A DNA stretch of 24,000 bases from Candidatus Woesearchaeota archaeon. Lineage in GTDB: Archaea > Nanobdellota > Nanobdellia > Woesearchaeales > JABIAG01. The translations under genes and the position numbers were made by a program. The notes under the pieces were generated by a model that saw only the letters and a list, made by a program, of their open reading frames with translations, was not told the origin of the DNA and searched no databases. Of this stretch, positions 1 through 6,862 are shown piece after piece. The DNA lies in contig JABIAG010000001.1 of NCBI GenBank assembly GCA_018653365.1, positions 210,526 to 234,525 of the forward strand, written 5' to 3'. Position 1 is the stretch's first letter. Each line of letters starts with the position of its first letter.

Positions 1-575
1 AGCAAAAACCCGTTTGTAGTATGATCATGAGTGTTCACGATCAAGTCAGGGGGGATGTAATATGATGAATACAGGTTATCTTTCACTAATTGCTTAGAGA
101 GTTGATCTGGGGCGATCTTCTCATATTGAATACTTCGTAAAATAATTCGTAACGAATTTAAGATTTCTTCTTGACCATCATAATTAAGACATAAATTTAG
201 AAAATACTGATCATGATCTGCGGTCTTATCTACAACTGTTTTAATAGCGTCTACGACTTTAGAGGGGAGATCATACCATTTACCCAAAACAGAAACTTTT
301 ATCCGCTTATCATGAACTAAAGGATTGTCAGCAAGATTATTTAACAAGTCAACAATTGAATCCATGTTCTGAGCAAAGTTTTCAATATGAAACTGAGATA
401 AGTTAAATGTGAAGATTAGAATTTTATTCTTAATACAAAAATCTACTGACTCAATTAATCTCTTATTTCTTGATTCTAATGCTGATTCCACCGAAACTGA
501 ATTAATATCAGCCCAATATCCTGCATCTTTAACATTAAAAGCAATATGTTTTGGTCTAAGGGAGGTTTTAAACAT
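1..575 (-). CDS. cis-prenyltransferase (UppS / undecaprenyl-diphosphate synthase family) protein, divergent; 3' end cut by window edge
   Basis: Absent from the ORF track because it runs off the window. My translation from ATG 575..573 gives MFKTSLRPKHIAFNVKDAGYWA...LIFTFNLSQFHIEN...LNLCLNYDGQEEI...PPDLIVNTHDHTTNGFLL. This is colinear with the UppS motifs (HxAIIMDGNxRWA, AFSxENWxR, NYGGRxEI, DLxIRTxGExRxSNFLLWQ). There is an in-frame stop upstream at 629..627. Confidence 0.7.
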   Translation of the reverse strand, partial: MFKTSLRPKHIAFNVKDAGYWADINSVSVESALESRNKRLIESVDFCIKNKILIFTFNLSQFHIENFAQNMDSIVDLLNNLADNPLVHDKRIKVSVLGKWYDLPSKVVDAIKTVVDKTADHDQYFLNLCLNYDGQEEILNSLRIILRSIQYEKIAPDQLSKQLVKDNLYSSYYIPPDLIVNTHDHTTNGFL

Positions 576-647
576 GATTAAAGGGAATGTCAAGGCAAAT
601 ATAAAGATAATGGATATATTTAAATATCAAAAGAATAGAGACAAAAA

Positions 648-1472
648 ATGCTATTTGAGATAATTGCGGTAATTGTGTTAACAATTGCAACTTATACAGA
701 TATAAAAGAAAGAGAGGTATCAGACTGGTTAAGCTGGGGATTTGTAATCTTTGCATTAGTACTAAGAGGGGTGATGTCTATAACACAAAATTCATACTTG
801 CCTATCTTAAAAGGTTTAGTTGGATTTGGATTGTTCTTTGGAGTAGGATATTTGCTGTATAGATTAAACCAGTGGGGTGGAGCAGATGCAAAAATTCTGG
901 GGGGATTGGGTGCATTGTTTGGAATTTGGATTGTTGGAGGCTTCATGATAAATTTTGTAGTTAATTTATTACTTGTTGGAGCAGCCTACGGATTAATTTA
1001 TGGCCTAATTTTAGTATGGAAAAACCGAGCACAAGTAAAACTTGTGAAATTAAAATACACTAAGTTACTAACCTTTACGGTACTTATTTTGATAATTATC
1101 GGAATGTTCTTTTTACCTGATGTGCAACTTAAAATAATGTTCTTAATCTTAATTCTATTAGTATATGCTATGCCTTATGCAATGGTTGTTTTGACCGCAC
1201 TACAAACACAAGTACTAAAAAAATGGGTTTCACCCTCAGTATTAACAGAGGGAGACTGGATATCAAAAGATGTAATTGTAAAAGGGAAAGTAATCTGTGC
1301 AAGAAAAGATAATGGAGTTAGTTTAGCACAAATTAGAAAGTTAAAACGGTTAAAAGTAAAAAAAGTATTAGTAATGGAAGGGATACCCTTCTTACCAAGT
1401 TTTTTGATTGCATTTATTCTAACTTGGTTAGGTGGAAACTTTATAGTTTTTGTAATAAACATATTAAGGTAA
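648..1472 (+). CDS. A24-family prepilin/preflagellin peptidase (FlaK/PibD-like), polytopic membrane protein with C-terminal extension
   Basis: 274-aa ORF with multiple hydrophobic helices. Both catalytic Asp motifs are present: TYTD(18)IKEREV and WGGADAKILGG (the GxGDxK type). Divergent from the UppS-like gene across a 72-bp spacer. Confidence 0.8.
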   Translation: MLFEIIAVIVLTIATYTDIKEREVSDWLSWGFVIFALVLRGVMSITQNSYLPILKGLVGFGLFFGVGYLLYRLNQWGGADAKILGGLGALFGIWIVGGFMINFVVNLLLVGAAYGLIYGLILVWKNRAQVKLVKLKYTKLLTFTVLILIIIGMFFLPDVQLKIMFLILILLVYAMPYAMVVLTALQTQVLKKWVSPSVLTEGDWISKDVIVKGKVICARKDNGVSLAQIRKLKRLKVKKVLVMEGIPFLPSFLIAFILTWLGGNFIVFVINILR

Positions 1473-1970
1473 TCGGGTAATAACGCTCTTAACCCAAGAA
1501 GAATCTTTTATTTCTTGTTTTTCCTCTTTAACTTCTTCTACTTCTTCAGCAGGAGCTTCTTTGCCTAAAACTATTTTGTTACAAGCATTTTTCAACTTAA
1601 GCTCAATCACTCCAAATTCTTCTTTGTCTAATTGTTTTGGTTGCCACTCAAAATTCAAAGAATCATTTTGTTTTCGCGGAATTATATTAACCGCAAGATG
1701 AGGAATCTTCTGGCCTGCGCCTGTTCCATTCTGAATTAAAGTATTTGTTCCTTCAGCACCAAATGCCTCAAATAAAGCAGATGAAAGAACATTAGCAGTA
1801 TCAAAAAGTTTTCCTGCAAGTTCTTCAGGAACTTGCTCAAGAATAGTATAATGTTCTTTAGTTGTAAGAATTATGTGCCCAGGTACTGCAGGAGTATCAC
1901 TAAGAAAAGCAACAAGGTTTTCATCTTCATAAACCTTTCTTTCAATGTTCTCACAATATTTGCATGTCAT
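1464..1970 (-). CDS. HIT-fold (histidine triad family) protein with degenerate triad (HLAVNII)
   Basis: N-terminal CxxC (CKYCENI), YEDENLVAFLSDTPAVPGHIILTTKEH, and GQKIPHLAVNIIPRK where canonical HIT proteins have HxHxHxxPR. Its ATG overlaps the stop of the upstream HIT gene (TAATG). Confidence 0.75.
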   Translation of the reverse strand: MTCKYCENIERKVYEDENLVAFLSDTPAVPGHIILTTKEHYTILEQVPEELAGKLFDTANVLSSALFEAFGAEGTNTLIQNGTGAGQKIPHLAVNIIPRKQNDSLNFEWQPKQLDKEEFGVIELKLKNACNKIVLGKEAPAEEVEEVKEEKQEIKDSSWVKSVITRLP

Positions 1971-2980
1971 TAAGTAAATAAGCTAGCAATATCATCTAAA
2001 CTAGCAGCCTCTTTTGGTTTTTCTTTTTCTGGTTCGGGTTGTTTTCCCGGTTTTTCTTTTGGTTTGTCTTTGGTTTCTTTTGTCTTTTTTCCTTTTGACT
2101 TTCTTCCCCTATTCATTGGTGAAGACTGAATTTCTAAATTAGCATCAACATAGTATAAACGATTCTTTTCTCTTGTGATCCCAACAACTTTAACCTTTTC
2201 TTTAGGTTGTTTACCTTTCTTTCTACCCCTAACCATCTTAACTCTAGAAATATCCCCTTCCTTATCAACAAAGTAAAGAAAACCTTTTTCTTTTTTTGAT
2301 TCTGATACTTCGGGTTCAGGAGGTACGGGTGTTGTCTCTTCAGGTGTTGGTGGAACCGGAGTTGTTTCCTCAGGAGTTGGGGGGAGAGGTTCTGGTTGTT
2401 GTTCTTCAGGTTCTTCTTTAACTTCTTCTGCGGGTTTGGGTTCATCATCCGCAATTTCAATTCCTAACTTCTTAGAAATGAATGCCTTTAAATCAGAAGC
2501 AAGAGATTCAAGTTGAGTAGTATCAATCTTATTTTCTTGAAGGTCAAAACAGGTTAAACCATCCTTATCTTTTCTTGGTACAATATGAATCATAAAGTGT
2601 TGAGCTCTTTGACCTGCAGGAAGACCATTAGCAATAAAAATACTAGTTCCTTCACATTTTAATGATTGTAAACAACAATTAGAAAGTGCTTTAGTAATCT
2701 TGCCCATCCGTTCCATTACATCTTGAGGTACTTGAGGACCAACCTGGAGATGCTTCTTAGGCATAAGTAAAATATGGCCAGGATTAGCAGGATTAATATC
2801 TAATATTGCTAAACAATCATCATCTTCGTAGATACGAGTGGATTCGATCTTTCCATCAATAATCTGACAAAAAATACACTGTTGTCTAAAGAATGCTTCA
2901 CGCTCCTCAGGAGACATCTTAGCTAATTTTTCTTGAAATTCTTTTATTTGTTCTTCAGTAGGTTGTTCTTGTTCAGGCAT
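1970..2980 (-). CDS. HIT-fold domain protein (triad HFMIHIV) with a long Pro/Glu-rich and Lys-rich C-terminal extension
   Basis: CIFCQIIDGKI...IYEDDDCLAILDINPANPGHILLMPKKH...GQRAQHFMIHIVPRK is a HIT domain in aa ~30-140. The rest is low complexity: PPTPEETTPV x2, two LY[FY]VD...RGRKxKGK modules and a KPKEK tail. Confidence 0.8.
   Translation of the reverse strand: MPEQEQPTEEQIKEFQEKLAKMSPEEREAFFRQQCIFCQIIDGKIESTRIYEDDDCLAILDINPANPGHILLMPKKHLQVGPQVPQDVMERMGKITKALSNCCLQSLKCEGTSIFIANGLPAGQRAQHFMIHIVPRKDKDGLTCFDLQENKIDTTQLESLASDLKAFISKKLGIEIADDEPKPAEEVKEEPEEQQPEPLPPTPEETTPVPPTPEETTPVPPEPEVSESKKEKGFLYFVDKEGDISRVKMVRGRKKGKQPKEKVKVVGITREKNRLYYVDANLEIQSSPMNRGRKSKGKKTKETKDKPKEKPGKQPEPEKEKPKEAASLDDIASLFT
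2324..2383 (-). repeat. 2 x 30-nt tandem coding repeat encoding identical PPTPEETTPV decapeptides with synonymous differences
   Basis: Minus-strand units are CCCCCAACTCCTGAGGAAACAACTCCGGTT and CCACCAACACCTGAAGAGACAACACCCGTA. The peptide is the same, and 7 of 10 codons differ only at the third position. Confidence 0.9.
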
Positions 2981-3026
2981 AATAGAATGATTGGGTTGAG
3001 GTATTTAAATGTTATTTGTTTTGAGG

Positions 3027-3575
3027 TTAGGCCAACTCTTTTTTTAGAATTTTATGTGCAACATTTATTTGTTTAAACTTTTCTGTGTTTCCATTAGCCA
3101 TATCTGGATGATGTTCTTTTGAAAGTTTCTTATAATTTTGATGCATTTCTTCGAAATCTGTTGAATCTTCATCTACTCCCATAGTTTTTCTGGCTTCTTT
3201 TCTTTGTTTAATAATGTCATTATCTTCTTTAAACAAGTTTGAAAATTCTTCGGGAGTTAGTTCTTCATTAACTAAACTTTGAAGAAAGTGTTCAATGACT
3301 TGTGCAACCATGGCCAGATTCTCAACAAATTTTGAGGCATGATTATAACTGAAAAATAAATGTTCATCCCACATATACCAAGAAATTAAAGCTTGTGCTT
3401 TTTTCATCGCAACACGTTCTAACGGAACGTCAATATCATCTTCAGTTAACCCAAATTTTCTTAGATTGCTAATTATCTTATTCTTGTATTGCAAAGCCTT
3501 TCTATCATATGAGTCCCGAATAAATACTTGTTTGAACTCATGTCCTTTAATTTCAGTCATAAGTCTGATATTCAC
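3027..3575 (-). CDS. J-domain (DnaJ-like) protein with C-terminal J domain and uncharacterised N-terminal region
   Basis: The C-terminus reads DFEEMHQNYKKLSKEHHPDMANGNTEKFKQINVAHKILKKE, with the HPD tripeptide in a J-domain helix II/III context. I recognised nothing in the N-terminal ~120 aa. Confidence 0.7.
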   Translation of the reverse strand: MNIRLMTEIKGHEFKQVFIRDSYDRKALQYKNKIISNLRKFGLTEDDIDVPLERVAMKKAQALISWYMWDEHLFFSYNHASKFVENLAMVAQVIEHFLQSLVNEELTPEEFSNLFKEDNDIIKQRKEARKTMGVDEDSTDFEEMHQNYKKLSKEHHPDMANGNTEKFKQINVAHKILKKELA

Positions 3576-3617
3576 GGTTTGTTTATAATGTTAACTGTAT
3601 ATTGAAGAATATAAGAT

Positions 3618-5318
3618 TTATTTATGAGTAAACCAAAATTTGTATTTGTTGTTTTCTATGCTATCTAATCTACAAAAACCAAAACGTTCAAATTGACATA
3701 CGGCATTAACTTTTAATTTAGTTAGGGCGTTTTCAGAAAGACCGTGAATTGTTGTGTTGTCTGGCATAAGAATTTCGGTTTCAATAAGTTTTTCTTTAGG
3801 AAGCCAATGAATAATCGCGTTGCCATCCTTTTTATAATCTTCAAGATTTGTGCTTACAAATTCAAGTTGGTTGTCTTGTTTTTTAAAATTAAGACAATCC
3901 ATAAGTCTGATTAGGTTTCCATTTTCTATCTTATTGAAGTCTTCTGGTGCGAGGTAAAATTCTGTGTTGGTGTTGAACTTCCTTCCCCCTTTTTTATTAT
4001 CTGGATGAAGATCTAACTCAACTGTTTGATTTGGTGCATTGTTGATTGTAATTGCTTTTGGATCTTGAATGAAAAAGAATCTTTCTGCTTGGTTATCTAA
4101 AATTTTTCTACTCTCAGCAGCGATAACATCAAAATCTAAATTCGAATTAGCCTTAGACATACCAATTATCTTGGCAAGCTCATAATATGCTTCTTTTGGA
4201 ATTCCTCTTCTTTTTAGTGCTCTTAATGTAACTAATCTAATATCATCCCAACCATTATAGTTTCCAGATTCAATTAATTGCCTTATTTCTCTACCTTGAG
4301 TAACTGCGTTTTCTATCTTGAAACGAGCATACTGCTTGACTTCAGGATTGGGTAGTTGGAATAAATCTCTAATATGGTCTTGTAGTTCTATTCTAGAATC
4401 AAACTCGTTACTTCTCAAAACATGAGTTATATTGAGTAAACCCTCTTCAATAGCATTTTCAAAATCATACATGGGCCAAACTTTGTACTTAATTCCTTGT
4501 TTGTAATGTTTAGCATAAGCGAGTCTAAAAATAACTGGATCTCGCATTACCGCATTCTTATGTTGCATGTCAATTTTTAACCGCAAAGTTATAGAACCCT
4601 CTTCAGGAGTGCCTTTTTTCATCTCTTCCCAATCCGCTTTGGTTTGAGCATTATCTTTACTTCTGCAAGCACAATCTTCCATTGCACGTCTACCTTTAGA
4701 AATGCCTTCACTCTTACAAGAACAAGTATATGCTTGATCCTTATTTATTAATTGTTCAGCCATGTCATAATATTGATTCATGTGATCAGAAACAAAAACA
4801 GTTTTAGAAGGTTTAATATCAAGATACTCTAAAACATCTTCTTTCATAGCATCAACAAATTCTTCTGTAGATTTTTCGGGATTGGTATCCTCAAATCTCA
4901 AAACACATTTACCTTTGTATTTTAGAGAGTACATATAGTTTAGTAAAAAACTAATTGCATGACCAAAATGATTATACTTAGAAGGTTCAGGACTGATTCT
5001 AGTTATTACTTTGCCCTCAACTGCATTTTTTAACTCAGGTAGTTCATGACGTGACTCTTTACGCTTATCTTTTTGTTCTTTTTGTTCCTCAAAATAGTTT
5101 GGATCAATCTTGAGAAGTTCTGCTTTTTGATCTTCAACAGAAAGTTGGTTAATCTCACCAACAATTTCATTAATTTTTGGCATGATCTCACCCATCTTAG
5201 CTTTTCTACTAGGGTCTTCACCTAAAAGCTTACCAACTAGGGCTCCAGGGTTACACTTACCCTTGAATTTTAGGGCGTTTTCTAATGCATATTTTCGAAT
5301 TGAATCTTCTAAAGACAT
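3618..5318 (-). CDS. gltX: glutamyl-tRNA synthetase, archaeal/eukaryotic (GlxRS) type
   Basis: Class I motifs are present: PEPSKYNHFGHAISF (HIGH-like), VLRFEDTNPEK and IIGMSKAN (KMSKS-like). The N-terminus is the archaeal-type IRKYALENALKFKGKCNPGALVGKLL. I moved the start to Met18 of the track ORF (ATG 5318..5316), because the longer ORF overlaps the tRNA-Ala gene and a TATA-like element lies just upstream. Confidence 0.9.
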   Translation of the reverse strand: MSLEDSIRKYALENALKFKGKCNPGALVGKLLGEDPSRKAKMGEIMPKINEIVGEINQLSVEDQKAELLKIDPNYFEEQKEQKDKRKESRHELPELKNAVEGKVITRISPEPSKYNHFGHAISFLLNYMYSLKYKGKCVLRFEDTNPEKSTEEFVDAMKEDVLEYLDIKPSKTVFVSDHMNQYYDMAEQLINKDQAYTCSCKSEGISKGRRAMEDCACRSKDNAQTKADWEEMKKGTPEEGSITLRLKIDMQHKNAVMRDPVIFRLAYAKHYKQGIKYKVWPMYDFENAIEEGLLNITHVLRSNEFDSRIELQDHIRDLFQLPNPEVKQYARFKIENAVTQGREIRQLIESGNYNGWDDIRLVTLRALKRRGIPKEAYYELAKIIGMSKANSNLDFDVIAAESRKILDNQAERFFFIQDPKAITINNAPNQTVELDLHPDNKKGGRKFNTNTEFYLAPEDFNKIENGNLIRLMDCLNFKKQDNQLEFVSTNLEDYKKDGNAIIHWLPKEKLIETEILMPDNTTIHGLSENALTKLKVNAVCQFERFGFCRLDSIENNKYKFWFTHK

Positions 5319-5324
5319 AGAAAG

Positions 5325-5349
5325 TTTTAAATTATAAACATATATAAAG
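5325..5349. promoter_or_regulatory. back-to-back TATA-like elements for divergent gltX and tRNA-Ala
   Basis: TTTTAAATTATAAACATATATAAAG fills most of the 40-bp spacer. ATTATAAAC is about 27 bp upstream of the tRNA 5' end (5359). ATATATAAAG is about 27 bp upstream of the gltX ATG on the other strand, which would give a leaderless-type mRNA. Confidence 0.4.
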
Positions 5350-5358
5350 TTTTGTAAA

Positions 5359-5430
5359 GGGCCCTTCATATAGTAGCTATTATTCCCGGCTGGCAGTCGG
5401 GCAACTCGGGTGCAAGTCCCGGAGGGTCCA
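5359..5430 (+). tRNA. tRNA-Ala (anticodon GGC), no intron, atypical D- and T-loops
   Basis: Hand fold: acceptor GGGCCCT/AGGGTCC with a G3:U70 wobble (the Ala identity pair) and discriminator A. Anticodon stem CCCGG/TCGGG with loop CTGGCAG. T stem TCGGG/CCCGG with loop TGCAAGT. D stem ATA(T)/(T)TAT with loop AGTAGCTA. Total 72 nt; CCA is not encoded. Confidence 0.65.
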
Positions 5431-5566
5431 CTTTAATGTTCTAATAACATATCACAAAATGTGAAATACATTTTGAATGTATGGTCAACAAGTTAACTCC
5501 AACATATCACAAGATTTAAATAGATTGATATCGAAAATATATAAAACTATTTTCGGGGGTGAAAAT

Positions 5567-5971
5567 ATGGCATTAGGAATATTATCTCCAGGAGTACAAA
5601 TACTCTCAAATGTGATTGCACTATTAGTAACAATCTTCATTGGGGCATGGATACTACAACTGGCAGGAAAGATATTTAAAGAAAAAATAAGTTATAAAAA
5701 AGGATTGGGCCCAGCAACCATTATTGGAATTGTGGGTTTCTTAATTGCATTGCCAGGAGTGTTTGTTTCAGGACTAGCAATAGCATTTGGAATAGTAAAC
5801 TTTGTAGTAGTATTGTTACTATACTTGTTCCTACCAAAAATGATGCTTGGAATTAAGAAGGGCGTTGTACTAGGACTAGTTTGGTGGGTATTCATGCTGA
5901 TTGTTGGCTTGATTATCGCATTAATCGTGGGATTAATACTTGCTGCAATATTTATGGCTAGTGTGCTATAA
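5567..5971 (+). CDS. small integral membrane protein (about 4 TM helices), unknown function
   Basis: Start chosen at the internal ATG 5567, which is preceded by GGGGGTGA (5555-5562, SD-like). The sequence is almost entirely hydrophobic helices (GIVGFLIALPGVFVSGLAIAFGIVNFVVVLLLYLF...). Confidence 0.55.
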   Translation: MALGILSPGVQILSNVIALLVTIFIGAWILQLAGKIFKEKISYKKGLGPATIIGIVGFLIALPGVFVSGLAIAFGIVNFVVVLLLYLFLPKMMLGIKKGVVLGLVWWVFMLIVGLIIALIVGLILAAIFMASVL

Positions 5972-5987
5972 TTTTTTTTATTTTTTT
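5972..5987 (+). terminator. oligo-T tract (T8-A-T7), candidate archaeal terminator
   Basis: It starts immediately after the TAA stop at 5969-5971. Confidence 0.4.
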
Positions 5988-6239
5988 ATATTCTTCTTCC
6001 GAACAATTAACAGAAATAATGTTTAACTTAGTTATGACAAACCAGGCAAACTTGTCTTTAAATATTTCTTCATTTAATGTGTTAATGTCACTAATTTGCC
6101 GCTTAGAAAGCGGTTTTTCAAGTTTAATAATCACTTAAATGCACCCCATTTAATTAAGTCAACTACAAATGCAGAAATAAGACAAAATCCAATTATAAAA
6201 TAAATTAAAAGGAGTTGCATTTTTGAATACTTGGTGGTT

Positions 6240-6740
6240 TTAGCAAGACAAATCATTTTTGCCTCCGGTTGTACAAAATATTTTATTGTTGATTATATCA
6301 TATGAATTTATTTCTGGTAAGTCAACTTTAGATTTGCAACAAATGTTGTGAGCAGAATTTACTATGATTGCTTCAGTTGAGCTGTCATGTTCCCTTAAGG
6401 TTAGTTCAAGTTCTTTCTTCATCTCTTTTAATATTTCTAATTCTTTCTGAAGGCTGGCCAATCTACTGGTTGAATTTTTGAGATTTTGTTTAATCTTAGA
6501 AATTTCTGTTGACAGGTGTTCATTAGTATCGCTTGTTTCAACTGCGGTTTTTTGGGTGTGGTCTAGCTGTTTGTTGAGTTGATCTAAATTATAATTGTAA
6601 TCTTCTAGTGTGGTGTCGGTATTTTTTATATTGTTATAAATTACAAATCCTGTGGCTGCGGGTTTGATAATGAAAAGGAAAAGCAATATGCTTAACGGGA
6701 CCAGTGCAAGTGCATAATATCCTGTGTTGTTTTTTTTCAT
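6240..6740 (-). CDS. membrane-anchored coiled-coil protein with Cys-rich C-terminus, unknown function
   Basis: N-terminal hydrophobic helix (YYALALVPLSILLFLFII), a heptad-like central region (LQKELEILKEMKKELELTL) and 5 Cys in the last ~40 aa. GAGGT lies upstream of the ATG on the minus strand. Confidence 0.55.
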   Translation of the reverse strand: MKKNNTGYYALALVPLSILLFLFIIKPAATGFVIYNNIKNTDTTLEDYNYNLDQLNKQLDHTQKTAVETSDTNEHLSTEISKIKQNLKNSTSRLASLQKELEILKEMKKELELTLREHDSSTEAIIVNSAHNICCKSKVDLPEINSYDIINNKIFCTTGGKNDLSC

Positions 6741-6862
6741 TAGGTTACCTCTAAAAGTTGAGAACTAAAACTACCTCTTTTCAGATTATTTAAAATACTT
6801 TCGGTTTTGGTATATGTAATATATATCGACTGTTTTTAAACTAAAAGCTATCATGAGAGGGT

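Noticed and set aside
409-756. Track ORFs 409..663 (+, 84 aa) and 568..756 (-, 62 aa)
   Set aside because: 409..663 lies antisense to the well-supported UppS-like gene (ATG at 575). 568..756 lies antisense to the A24 peptidase start region. Both have low-complexity products and no motifs.
5319-5369. N-terminal 17-codon extension of the GluRS ORF
   Set aside because: It overlaps the tRNA-Ala gene and the TATA-like spacer. Homology-like sequence starts at the internal Met (MSLEDSIRKYALENA).
5958-6220. Two small minus-strand ORFs in the 268-bp gap. One is a 29-aa hydrophobic peptide (ATG 6220, MQLLLIYFIIGFCLISAFVVDLIKWGAFK). The other is an overlapping 58-aa GTG-initiated ORF (6134..5958).
   Set aside because: They have no SD-like site, are very short, and the second overlaps the end of the convergent membrane-protein gene. 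They could be real micro-proteins, but the sequence alone does not support a call.
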